NCBI GenBank assembly: GCA_002780305.1
Contig: PEVD01000019.1
Span: 1-53,874 of the forward strand
Length of the DNA stretch: 53,874 nucleotides
Origin: Candidatus Shapirobacteria bacterium CG03_land_8_20_14_0_80_40_19
Lineage (GTDB): Bacteria > Patescibacteriota > Microgenomatia > UM-FILTER-40-11
Direction: 5' to 3'
The notes under the pieces: generated by a model
Database searches by the model: none
Told to the model about the DNA's origin: nothing
The model's input: only the letters and a program-made list of their open reading frames with translations
Position numbers and translations under genes: made by a program
In this document: one piece after another, positions 1-8,754 of the stretch
Position numbering within the stretch: position 1 is the first letter of the stretch
Layout: every line of letters begins with the position of its first letter

Positions 1-2
1 AG

Positions 3-302
3 GCGAAATGGGAGACCCGGCGCGATCCTCGAACCGGAAAATTGCTGTATAAAACAGGTACCGGCGGCAAAAGGGCGGCAACACTTGGTCCTGAGCCCTC
101 TGAATATGACAAAAGGACTCAAGAGCAGGCGAGAAAATATGAACAAGAGAAAACAGCCGCTGCGGATAGAGAAGTTAAGGAAGGTAAATATCCACCAAGA
201 AGACCAGTAATGGAACGTGAGGGAATCGACTCGCCGGCCGGGTCCCAATCGCCAATGTCTTCCCCGATAAGTGAAAGGAGTGAGCGGGGAAAAGCGGCTT
301 AA
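3..302 (+). CDS. Hypothetical protein, 5'-partial
   Basis: Frame of ORF 42..302 stays open to the window edge; its TAA overlaps the next ATG (TAATG). Confidence 0.55.
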   Translation, partial: AKWETRRDPRTGKLLYKTGTGGKRAATLGPEPSEYDKRTQEQARKYEQEKTAAADREVKEGKYPPRRPVMEREGIDSPAGSQSPMSSPISERSERGKAA

Positions 303-733
303 TGTTGAGAGTTGAAAGTGGTCAAAGTTTGGGTGGCCGGTGTTGGGTTAGTCCGGGGGGAAGGCCGGTTGCTTGGATAGACAAAAGAATGGAAGGTGGA
401 GAGTGGGGGTTGGAATGTTCCGTAGGGCGGTTGTCCGGAAGAACTCTGAGAAGTGTTTTTTATTGTGGAGAATTTCCGGTGGCGGAGATGACGGATGTTG
501 TTGATGATAACGGTATTTTGGTTCATCAACTTAGGCCGGTTGGTGAAGTTGCTTCAGTTGAAATCCCTCAAGAAGTTATGAATGAATTATCCGGGTGGAC
601 CAAGTTAGAAGATAGTGATTTGCTTGGTGATCAGATTAGACAGACTTGTGAACAGTTGGGGGTTGACGGAAGTTGCCGTCGGGCAGTTGGGCTTCTGGTT
701 TATTTACTTCGGGAGGGGTGGATAAAGGTTTAA
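302..733 (+). CDS. Hypothetical protein (143 aa)
   Basis: ATG coupled to the upstream stop; no recognisable motif. Confidence 0.6.
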   Translation: MLRVESGQSLGGRCWVSPGGRPVAWIDKRMEGGEWGLECSVGRLSGRTLRSVFYCGEFPVAEMTDVVDDNGILVHQLRPVGEVASVEIPQEVMNELSGWTKLEDSDLLGDQIRQTCEQLGVDGSCRRAVGLLVYLLREGWIKV

Positions 734-828
734 GAAAAGAAAAAGGACCCTCTCGACATGCGCTTACAGCAATTTGTGTTTGTTAGACACGAATTGTGCA
801 GTCTGCACGCGAGGGGGTCCTGGGGGGT

Positions 829-1215
829 TTACTCGGCAGCTCTTTTTTCAAGCTCGTTGAAAAGCTCGAAAAGCCACGGCAGAGTAAGGCCAACAACGAT
901 GGCAAACCCTTCGCTGGCGATCAGGTTGATTCCAACCTTGGTGGTGTAGTAATCCAGCCCGTATACAGGAAGCAGTGTCAAGACGATGAGGTTGAAACCT
1001 TGTCCTCTGATCCATGGGAGAAGAAAGTGTTCAATTAGGCCTTGCTCGCCTATGTTGAACAAGTATGCGACCACTATCCCCAACAAGATCATCAAGCCCA
1101 AGGCCCAGTCGTCGGATTCGGAATTGTACCCGATTCGTATGAAAAAGAGCGAGGTTGTCAGTACGGATAACCCGAAAGTTATCCACTTGCAATACCGGAA
1201 ATGTTTAGCTGGCAT
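829..1215 (-). CDS. Hypothetical membrane protein (128 aa)
   Basis: About four hydrophobic segments; GGAG upstream of ATG on the minus strand. Confidence 0.6.
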   Translation of the reverse strand: MPAKHFRYCKWITFGLSVLTTSLFFIRIGYNSESDDWALGLMILLGIVVAYLFNIGEQGLIEHFLLPWIRGQGFNLIVLTLLPVYGLDYYTTKVGINLIASEGFAIVVGLTLPWLFELFNELEKRAAE

Positions 1216-1388
1216 TGCCTTTTTTCTCCCTTGTTTTTTACTAAAATGTGCGAATTTCGCGCTGTTGCGAAAAGCTGAGTGGATAGTAACCTATAAGTAT
1301 AAAAATGTCAAATTATTATGATATTTATGCACAAAAATAGTTATTAAATGTTTATTGGTAATAAGAAACAGTGATTTTAATAAAATAA

Positions 1389-1414
1389 AATTCATTACGC
1401 TACCGTAATGAATT
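1389..1414. other. Perfect 11-bp inverted repeat (possible operator)
   Basis: AATTCATTACG-ctac-CGTAATGAATT in an AT-rich intergenic region. Confidence 0.5.
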
Positions 1415-1543
1415 ATTTAGCCTTGAAAATAAAAAAAATAAGGCTGATTTTAAAACAAGATTTTTAATAATTTCAATTTATTATTTTAGTTTTTTTGATC
1501 ATTTTAAAATGATCTGGAAGTTTTTTTGAGGATAACAGAAAAC

Positions 1544-3685
1544 TTATTTATTGTGTTTTTCTAAGGAAACTTTCAAAACCTTTTGGCGGTTTTGGTTTTT
1601 ACAGCGGGGAAGCGGCATGGTAGTTGCCAAAAATGGAGTTGAAGTCAAGTTTTCTATGCAAAGCTTCATCGCAATCTGATACATCCCTAAAGCCACCATG
1701 TCTTCTTCTTTGTAGATCTGGCCGAACTCGGAAGCCATAATTTTTGCATCCATCGAGCCGATAACGAAAGAGATTAAAGTGCCCGCATTACCGAAAATCG
1801 CTTTTTGCAGATCCTCTTCAAGTTGGCCGATATATTGGTTGGTTAAATTTAGACACAAACGGTATTTTCTTGCTTCCGAAAGAATTTTTATAAAAGCGCT
1901 GGTAGCAAAGTTTTGAAACTCATCAACATAAAGATAAAAATCTTTCCTTTGTTCTTCATTAACGTTAATCCGGTTCATCGCGGCCAGTTGAAGCTGGGTA
2001 ATAATCATCGCGCCCAGTAGGGCGGCGTTATCTTCGCCGATTTTTCCTTGTGATAAGTTAACTAAAAGGACTTTACCTGAATCCATAATATCTTCCAGAT
2101 CAACGGATGATTTATGTTGGCCGATTATGCCCCGGATGGTCGGTGAAGAAACAAACTGGCCGACTTTGTTTAAAATCGGCGAAATGGCTTCATTGCGCAG
2201 ATTTTCCGACATTTTTTCAAATTCGTTGCGCCAAAAACTGACTAAAGTTGGATCTTGCAGGCTGTCAACAATTTTTTTTCTAAAATTGCTATTGGTCAGC
2301 AAATCAGGGACCTGAACTAAAGTGGGAGTTGGTGTTTCAAGCAGAGTTAAAATCGTATTTCTCAAAATATGTTCCAAGCGGGGACCCCAGGAATAATAAT
2401 AGAGTTTGTAAAAAATAGCCACAATATTTGAAGCAATCAGTTCTTTGTGGGCCGGGTTTTTTACTTCTAACGGGTTAAGAGTGAAAGGGTGGTTGGTATC
2501 AGACGGATCAAGATAGCAGACCTCGTTTATGCGATATGAAGGAATATAATCAAGCAATATTTCCGTTAAATCGCCGTGCGGATCAATAACCGCCAAGCCT
2601 TCACGGTTGCGCAGATCATTAATCGCCATATTGGCAATAAGAGTTGATTTACCGGTGCCGGTTTTCCCGATAATATAAATGTGTCTTCGGCGGTCGTTTT
2701 TCTTAATGCCGAAAGTGGCAATTTTGTTTTTATATTCTGTTCGGGCAATAAAGTTAATTTCCTGTTTGTCAGCGTCATCAAGTCCTTCGGCTGTCGGCAG
2801 GTTTTGGGGCGGTTCGGAAGCGATAATCCGGCCCCAGGTAATATTTTTTATTCCGGCAAGCAGGGCAGAAGGCGGGTGCCATAAAGAAGCCAATTCGTCC
2901 ACATTTAATATTTGGTATTTTGGAACATGTTTGAAGGTCCGGTTTTTAATTGACTGAATAAACTTTTTTTCAAAAAAACGGCCGGGCTTTTTTAGTTTTA
3001 AACTGTTTACTTCGCTTTGAAAGGCGGAAAAAGAGGAGGCAAGGCTGGAAAGAAGCGGTTCGGAATTGGAAATTAGTCTAATGGCAGTCCAAAAACCGGC
3101 GCCTGAAAGTTTTTCGGTTATGTATTTTGCCTGAGGATGAGGAGAGGTTTTTCCTTCTTCAGCCGGGATGCCTTTGTCAATTATTTTTTGGGCGGAACTT
3201 TGCCATCCGCCGGCATTGGCAATAAGCAGTTGCATAATCATAATGTCACTTGGTCTGGTCTTGGACATTATCCCTAAGATTGAAGACATTAAATCAGCTT
3301 CTTTAATCTCGCGGAAAGTTTTTAAAGGTAAAAAATAATTTTTGGCAAGCTCAATTTGGCCAAGATAAAGACTGTTTTGTGTTTGCATCCAGCTAGAAAG
3401 ATAATCTTTAGGCAAAAAACTAAGAAGCGACTCCGGATATTGGGCGGAAATCTGGCTTTCAACAAAAGAAGTTTTGTCTTTTGGACAGACAATTAAAAAA
3501 TGAATCTGCTGTTGTAAACAGGCAATTTCAAAGCTGATAGACTCCGGTGGACGGCGGGAGAAAAGCGGATTTTTGGCCAGATTGGAAAAAGCGGTAAAAA
3601 GCTGAGCCGCGGCTTCGGGCGTTTTTTCGCAGGAGCGGGGAACCCGAATTTCAATTAAAGAGAATGGGAGGGTTTTGTCAATCAT
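1544..3685 (-). CDS. Type IV secretion coupling-protein-like / HerA-FtsK superfamily P-loop ATPase (713 aa)
   Basis: Walker A GKTGTGKS, IDPHGD, Walker B LYVDEFQNF, SEARKY motif. Confidence 0.85.
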   Translation of the reverse strand: MIDKTLPFSLIEIRVPRSCEKTPEAAAQLFTAFSNLAKNPLFSRRPPESISFEIACLQQQIHFLIVCPKDKTSFVESQISAQYPESLLSFLPKDYLSSWMQTQNSLYLGQIELAKNYFLPLKTFREIKEADLMSSILGIMSKTRPSDIMIMQLLIANAGGWQSSAQKIIDKGIPAEEGKTSPHPQAKYITEKLSGAGFWTAIRLISNSEPLLSSLASSFSAFQSEVNSLKLKKPGRFFEKKFIQSIKNRTFKHVPKYQILNVDELASLWHPPSALLAGIKNITWGRIIASEPPQNLPTAEGLDDADKQEINFIARTEYKNKIATFGIKKNDRRRHIYIIGKTGTGKSTLIANMAINDLRNREGLAVIDPHGDLTEILLDYIPSYRINEVCYLDPSDTNHPFTLNPLEVKNPAHKELIASNIVAIFYKLYYYSWGPRLEHILRNTILTLLETPTPTLVQVPDLLTNSNFRKKIVDSLQDPTLVSFWRNEFEKMSENLRNEAISPILNKVGQFVSSPTIRGIIGQHKSSVDLEDIMDSGKVLLVNLSQGKIGEDNAALLGAMIITQLQLAAMNRINVNEEQRKDFYLYVDEFQNFATSAFIKILSEARKYRLCLNLTNQYIGQLEEDLQKAIFGNAGTLISFVIGSMDAKIMASEFGQIYKEEDMVALGMYQIAMKLCIENLTSTPFLATTMPLPRCKNQNRQKVLKVSLEKHNK

Positions 3686-3704
3686 ATTGATTTAATAATA
3701 GCAA

Positions 3705-3823
3705 AATTAACCTAATTATTCTAATTAACCTAATTGACCTAAATAATGACTAATGACAAAATCCCCAAAAATTTAAAACTGGGATTTGGGATTTATTTAG
3801 AATAATTAGAAATTGGGTCAATT
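3705..3823. repeat. 9-mer tandem tract with inverted partner
   Basis: AATTAACCT AATTATTCT AATTAACCT AATTGACCT ... AGAATAATT AGAAATTGGGTCAATT, enclosing AAATCCC/GGGATTT. Confidence 0.7.
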
Positions 3824-3825
3824 TC

Positions 3826-4539
3826 TCAAACAGGCTTGGCAATTACGATAAGCCTTTTAAGAGAAGTGCCTGGCGGCCAGCAGGTTTGCAGGATTAATTT
3901 TTCTCCATTTACATCGGGGGTTAGCCAGCCGGTGTTATCAGCTTCGACTGTTTCCTTACCGGAGACCTGATACTCGAATTTTTGGCCGGCATAAAAAACG
4001 ATAACTTTATCGCCGGCCTCCAACTCTTTAAGTAAATAAAAGATCGCGTTGTAGGTTGCAACATTGGACTGCACGTTGGTTGAATGGCTAAAAAGAAAGA
4101 TATTGCCGCCGCCTCCCGGGAAATCGGTTCCATAGGCGTGAGCGATACCTTGTTTTAAGGCGGCGGTATATTCTTCCTTATTGCCCGGATCAACATTAGG
4201 GATAATTTGGGCCTTGGCGTTGATTTTGGGGATAACCAAAGAAAAGTCAGTTGTTACTCCATAACCTTCGGCTTCCTGGGCGATCAGTTTTTGTCTGGTA
4301 ATTTCCTCTTCACGGTTGATTTGGCCGAAAGTGGCTTTAGCATTTATTTCCTGCTGTTTTGGTCCAAAACGAAAGATTGCTTCCTTAACCAGGGAGGGAG
4401 AAGCGGCATAAAGTCCGACCGCAAAAGCGATTATAAGTAGATTATAACCAATATTTTTTGACAGCTTGCCCAAGAGGGGTCGAAGGTCGGTTTTAGCAAC
4501 AGTCTGAGGCCGGTGGCAATCATAAATAACAAATTCCAT
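3826..4539 (-). CDS. Sortase
   Basis: N-terminal TM segment, catalytic His (FSHS), LQTCWP motif and downstream Arg (KRLIV). Confidence 0.9.
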   Translation of the reverse strand: MEFVIYDCHRPQTVAKTDLRPLLGKLSKNIGYNLLIIAFAVGLYAASPSLVKEAIFRFGPKQQEINAKATFGQINREEEITRQKLIAQEAEGYGVTTDFSLVIPKINAKAQIIPNVDPGNKEEYTAALKQGIAHAYGTDFPGGGGNIFLFSHSTNVQSNVATYNAIFYLLKELEAGDKVIVFYAGQKFEYQVSGKETVEADNTGWLTPDVNGEKLILQTCWPPGTSLKRLIVIAKPV

Positions 4540-4642
4540 GGTTGTATTATATCATATCCTATAATGCATAAGAAGCCCTTGACAATAATTGACTTATAGT
4601 TTATAATCCCAACGAGTTATTGATAATCCTATATAATTCAAA

Positions 4643-5281
4643 ATGAATAAAACAAAAGTTTTTTTAGCCACCCTTTTGGCCGCAGGAGCCATTTTGTTAT
4701 CTTCTGATTCTGTTTTCGCGGCTGTCCGTTGTGAGACCCAATACGGTGGGAATGAGGTTTGTGTGACTACCGGTGAGCTTCAAATTGATAAAGAAATTTT
4801 AGATCCCCGCTATGCCGGTGCATACAAAGACAACCTTTATCTAACCGATTATCTGTTTAAAACCGGTGATTATGTCACTTTTAAACTGACGGTTAAAAAT
4901 GTTGGCGACGACACTTTAAATAACGTTAGAATAACCGACAACTTGCCTTCTTTCTTGTTTTTTACCGGTGAAACTCCTCATGAATTTACAATTGACCATT
5001 TGAATCCGGACGAAAGTGAGAGTTTTGAAGTTAAGGCTCGGGTTGTGGCGGAAAGCCAGCTTGAAGCGGATCGAATCTGCGGGGTTAATACGGCCGAAGT
5101 TTGGGCGGACGGCGACCAACACGATAAGGATACCTCCCAGGTTTGTGCCACCAAAAAGGTTTTGGGAGTATCGGTTCTTCCGGAAACAGGCGACAACACT
5201 CCGCTTATTATCTTCGGAGCTTCTCTGGCGATTGCCATGCTCGGACTTGGTCTAATCAAAGTCGGCCGGAAAATAGCGTAA
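4643..5281 (+). CDS. Secreted DUF11-like Ig-fold protein with LPXTG sorting signal
   Basis: Signal peptide, TFKLTVKNVG...ITDNLP repeat-domain pattern, C-terminal LPETG + TM + basic tail. Confidence 0.85.
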   Translation: MNKTKVFLATLLAAGAILLSSDSVFAAVRCETQYGGNEVCVTTGELQIDKEILDPRYAGAYKDNLYLTDYLFKTGDYVTFKLTVKNVGDDTLNNVRITDNLPSFLFFTGETPHEFTIDHLNPDESESFEVKARVVAESQLEADRICGVNTAEVWADGDQHDKDTSQVCATKKVLGVSVLPETGDNTPLIIFGASLAIAMLGLGLIKVGRKIA

Positions 5282-5327
5282 GTTATACGAAGCGCTTATA
5301 CGGTTCTGCTCTTTGAAATAAACGAAG

Positions 5328-5564
5328 CTATTTTTTCCTTTTTTTATAGGAGAGAAATTCTTCGGGTGTCATTCCTGTTTGCCTGATAATGGCACGGAAT
5401 GTTCCTTGGGGAATGGTACCTGGATGAAAAGAAACGGTGGTATATTTTCTTTTTGTCGGATGTCGATAAGTACGATGCGCACTCTTAGTCGTCTCTTCGA
5501 CAAAACCGGCATTAAGAAGTATCTCCGCGATTTCTCTCGGTTTTAAATTGGGCAATTTGGCCAT
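5328..5564 (-). CDS. hicA: HicA-family toxin
   Basis: 78-aa basic protein, L..AGF....KSAH..Y.HP....TV..H pattern; adjacent to a HicB-like gene. Confidence 0.8.
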   Translation of the reverse strand: MAKLPNLKPREIAEILLNAGFVEETTKSAHRTYRHPTKRKYTTVSFHPGTIPQGTFRAIIRQTGMTPEEFLSYKKRKK

Positions 5565-5570
5565 AAAAAA

Positions 5571-5843
5571 TCAAATAAAATCAGGTGTATGTTTCGAAGT
5601 GAGGGAAACCGAAGTATAGGCGATCATAAAATCAGAAACTTCTTCAACCGGAATTGGTTCTTTATTTTTATTTAAGCTTTCGAGATGACACTCGATTGCT
5701 TCTTTAACATTTGAAATGGCTAATTCAGCTGTTTTACCCCAATCAGCTACCCCGAGTGTTGGGGAATAGGCGTTATAAACGGTTTTTCCGTTTAATTTTT
5801 CTGGGGTGATTATAATGTGGTAATTTAAAACTTTTGTTTCCAT
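5571..5843 (-). CDS. hicB: HicB-family antitoxin (short form)
   Basis: Y.AYSP.LGVADWG.T.E.A..N..EAI..HLE motif; start placed at METKV, 6 nt after TGCTATAAT. Confidence 0.8.
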   Translation of the reverse strand: METKVLNYHIIITPEKLNGKTVYNAYSPTLGVADWGKTAELAISNVKEAIECHLESLNKNKEPIPVEEVSDFMIAYTSVSLTSKHTPDFI

Positions 5844-5869
5844 GAGAAAATTATAGCACATTTGAATTT

Positions 5870-6060
5870 AGAGAAAAGTTCTAGGGCTTAGAATTTTTTC
5901 CTGAATTCAAGCGGAGCGAAAGCGACGCGCGGTTTAGGGATTGCTTCGAGGTTTCTGCTTCTCCAAATGCGGAGCAGCAGGGGAATCAAGCGATCGTACT
6001 TTAAAAAGGCATCACTAAGATAAATATACGGTCTACAGACTACTGACTACTGACTACAGC
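5870..6060. repeat. Cluster of hairpins plus heptamer tract
   Basis: GAAAAGTTCTA/TAGAATTTTTTC, GATTGCTT...AAGCGATC enclosing CTGCTTCTCC/GGAGCAGCAG, then GACTACT-type repeats at 6032-6060. Confidence 0.65.
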
Positions 6061-6100
6061 TTTCCTTGAAAAATCAAGCAAGCCAGACCATGGGAATAAC

Positions 6101-6269
6101 AAATTCTAAATTCTAAGCACCAAATCCCTGCCCGAAATGTTTCGCATATCGAAGCAGGCGGGCGAAATAAATCCAAATATTCAAAATTCAAATAAAAAAA
6201 GGAGTTAGATAATTTGCTGTTTTTATTTTGAAAATTGTTTAGGGTTTAGAATTTAGAGTTTAGAGTTTT
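6101..6269. repeat. Inverted heptamer tracts with a nested CCTGCC...GGCGGG hairpin (6127-6162)
   Basis: AAATTCT AAATTCT AAGCACC AAATC[36-bp insert]CGAAA... faces TTTAGGGTTTAGAATTTAGAGTTTAGAG. Confidence 0.75.
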
Positions 6270-6408
6270 GTTTCCGTAGTCTGGTTTGTTTGAGAAAGAA
6301 AATTCAAGGAGGCTGACCTCCTTTTTAAGATAAAGTGTCGATTCGCCAACGACCCAAGGCAAATTCGCCAAGGGCGTCTAGTTTTTTCTGTGCCTAAGGA
6401 GGCAAAAG

Positions 6409-7308
6409 ATGCGTAGGATATTGCTCGTCGGGGGCTTTTTGCTGTTGGGACTTGTGTTCGTGTGCGTCGTTGTTGCCGGTGGGCCATACACCCGCTGGGT
6501 GCAGCCCGGGGCGGTGGTTTACACCGATCCCGACTCGGCCGCGGACGTGTCTGTCACTGTCACTAAGACCGTCGCGGTTTCGGTGACTCTCACGACCGGT
6601 TGGGCGGAGATTACGTCTCCACCGGAGTTGGCCGGCTTTGTGCAGACGAGCCAGTTGCTCAAGGAAGAGCCATCAGCCCTGAAGGTCCAGCGAGATGCGG
6701 ATGCACAGAAGGCAAAGGATGCGGCATTGACTGCGAGGAAGGTGGGCGATTTGTCTTGGGGAGAGCTCGTTGCTTTTCTCAAGCAATTGCTTGGCCAGCC
6801 CGTTACCGCCGCTTCCGCGCCCGCTACCGCCCTTGCGACCAAGACCTATGTGGTCAAGGCAGGGGATTCACTCTCCTTGATAGCGGCTCGCTACGGTGTC
6901 AACTGGGTGGACTTGGCCAAGGCCAACAACATCTCTTCCCCTTGGAGGATTGAGGTTGGCCAGAGCATGACCATCCCTGTTGCGCCCGTGACTGCGACCG
7001 TCTCGACCAGTGGGTGGCCCCGAACGGCAGCCGAGTTTCTCGCGCTGACCACCGCTGGTCAGCCCGCCGCGCCTGATGACAGGTCGTGGATCCCGATCCA
7101 AATCGGAGAAATCCACCGGCCGGTCGGTGAGAGCAATGCTTGGGCCGTCACCCGTGAGAAGAACAAGGAGGGATTGATCATTCCCTTCTGGGTTCGGAAC
7201 TACTCCGGGCGCGCTCAGGACGGGTATTGCATGGTCGGAGGCAAGTACGCCACTGGCACTCCGGCGAACTTCGCTGGGCTGTCGCAGGGCGTGACCTTTC
7301 GGCCGTAG
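6409..7308 (+). CDS. Secreted LysM-domain protein with possible N-terminal SH3-like domain; GC-rich
   Basis: Signal peptide; YVVKAGDSLSLIAARYGVNWVDLAKANNI...IEVGQSMTIP is a canonical LysM; SD AAGGAGG upstream. Confidence 0.88.
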   Translation: MRRILLVGGFLLLGLVFVCVVVAGGPYTRWVQPGAVVYTDPDSAADVSVTVTKTVAVSVTLTTGWAEITSPPELAGFVQTSQLLKEEPSALKVQRDADAQKAKDAALTARKVGDLSWGELVAFLKQLLGQPVTAASAPATALATKTYVVKAGDSLSLIAARYGVNWVDLAKANNISSPWRIEVGQSMTIPVAPVTATVSTSGWPRTAAEFLALTTAGQPAAPDDRSWIPIQIGEIHRPVGESNAWAVTREKNKEGLIIPFWVRNYSGRAQDGYCMVGGKYATGTPANFAGLSQGVTFRP

Positions 7309-7331
7309 GCCAAACTCCGGTTAGGGGAGAT

Positions 7332-7415
7332 ACTGGCAGAACTGCCTAACATAGGCCAAGACCTATCCGCCCCAAGAGTTTCTTGGCGGCCAGTTCTGCT
7401 TTGCAGTTTTTTTTC
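7332..7415 (+). terminator. Branched hairpin followed by T-run, putative terminator
   Basis: GCAGAACTG/CAGTTCTGC stem enclosing two sub-hairpins, followed by a T tract. Confidence 0.5.
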
Positions 7416-7570
7416 TTTAGTGATGCCGTGACCGTAGTCATACAATTATCATTGCTCCATTGGGGAGATTGGTGAAAGTATGGCTACGGTTCGGTTCTTA
7501 GAGTTCAGAATGATTCTGGACAAGCCAGAATGACATGACATTGTGAATTGTAAAAACCGAATTTAATTTA

Positions 7571-7690
7571 TCTGTCATCCCGAGTGAAGGGAAGTCTGAC
7601 TTCCCCGAAGTCGAGGGATCTCTTTTCTGAAACGAGTGAAAGGGATTCCTCCATTACACTCATTTCGTTCATTTCAGTCGGAATGACAGA
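7571..7690. mobile_element. Intergenic GTCAT...ATGAC double-hairpin palindromic element (MITE/RPE-like)
   Basis: Terminal IR TCTGTCATCCCGA/TCGGAATGACAGA (1 mismatch), internal GGGAAGTC-T-GACTTCCC hairpin; a half element GATTCTGGACAAGCCAGAATGAC lies at 7512-7534. Confidence 0.75.
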
Positions 7691-7699
7691 AAGAAGTAT

Positions 7700-7918
7700 A
7701 TGAAACAAAATATTGGAACAATAATAATAGGATTAGCTTTAATAGCGGGAGTGGTTTTCGGCTACATGCAATCGGAAAAATGGCTTAAAAACGAAGCAAT
7801 TCAAGGTTGTTTAAGTGTCGGAGTTGACAAATTTGTTAATGCCGATGGTAAGGGTGGGGCGGATGTGCCAAATCCCAACAGTTATGACTTTTGCATGAAA
7901 GAGAAAGGCTACAAATGA
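7700..7918 (+). CDS. Small membrane-anchored hypothetical protein
   Basis: N-terminal TM, two Cys; stop overlaps the next ATG (ATGA). Confidence 0.7.
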   Translation: MKQNIGTIIIGLALIAGVVFGYMQSEKWLKNEAIQGCLSVGVDKFVNADGKGGADVPNPNSYDFCMKEKGYK

Positions 7919-8754
7919 AGACATTGACAGTAATTATTCCACTCTACAATGAAGAAAAAAGGCTTAATGATACTTTTTCTTGTTTGAAAAAGTTTAAAGG
8001 AGTCAGAGATATTGGTGTAGAAAAGTTCGTTTTTGTCAATGACGGCAGTAAAGACAATACTTTAAAACTGTTAAGAAACTTTAAAAGAAGTTTTAGCAAA
8101 AAGCTTGCCAATAAGGCTGAAATAGAGATTGTTGCTTATCCGGTCAATCACGGCCGGGGTTATGCAGTAATGCAGGGAGCCAAAAGAGTAAAAAGCGACT
8201 ACGGTATGTTTTTGGATGGCGACATGTCAATCCCGCTTGGCAATTTAGAGAACTTTTCTAAATTCATGAATCAGAATTATGATTTGTTGGTAGGAAGCAA
8301 AAAAATTAATGGGACGGTGACTTTAGTAAAAAGAAACTTTATCAGAGAATTTATCGGGGAGGTTCACAGCCGGATTTTAAGTTTTGTTTTAGGAATTAAA
8401 TTAGCCGATTTTACCGGCGGATTTAAGGTTTTTTCAAAATCAGTTTGTGAAGATATTTTTCCCAGATTAACTCAGGAAAGATGGGGGCTTGATCCGGAGA
8501 TTATCTATGTGACAAACAGACTTAATTATTCTATTAAAGAACTGCCGATTGTTTGGAGCCATATAAGCAAATCAAGCAAGGTTAATTTAATCCGTGATAT
8601 TTTAAGGGCTTTTAAAGAAATGGCGACCATCAAGTTAAACGACTGGAAAAATATTTATAATATTAATCCTCAACCGGCCATGCTAAATAAAGCTTTTTCC
8701 CTTTTAGTCAAATTTAGCTTATTATTGTTTATATGGCCGAAAAAATCCTCGTAA
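7915..8754 (+). CDS. GT2 glycosyltransferase (polyprenyl-phosphate sugar synthase-like)
   Basis: VIIPLYNEE, VNDGSKD, NHGRGYAV, FLDGD, DFTGGFK motifs. Confidence 0.9.
   Translation: MKTLTVIIPLYNEEKRLNDTFSCLKKFKGVRDIGVEKFVFVNDGSKDNTLKLLRNFKRSFSKKLANKAEIEIVAYPVNHGRGYAVMQGAKRVKSDYGMFLDGDMSIPLGNLENFSKFMNQNYDLLVGSKKINGTVTLVKRNFIREFIGEVHSRILSFVLGIKLADFTGGFKVFSKSVCEDIFPRLTQERWGLDPEIIYVTNRLNYSIKELPIVWSHISKSSKVNLIRDILRAFKEMATIKLNDWKNIYNINPQPAMLNKAFSLLVKFSLLLFIWPKKSS

Noticed and set aside
1544..3685. Conjugative element implied by the coupling-type ATPase
   Set aside because: No relaxase, mating-pair genes or element boundaries; such ATPases are commonly chromosomal in this kind of genome.
6260..7445. 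Overlapping alternative ORFs around the LysM gene, and antisense ORFs elsewhere
   Set aside because: Expected by-products of GC-rich or antisense frames; no motifs.
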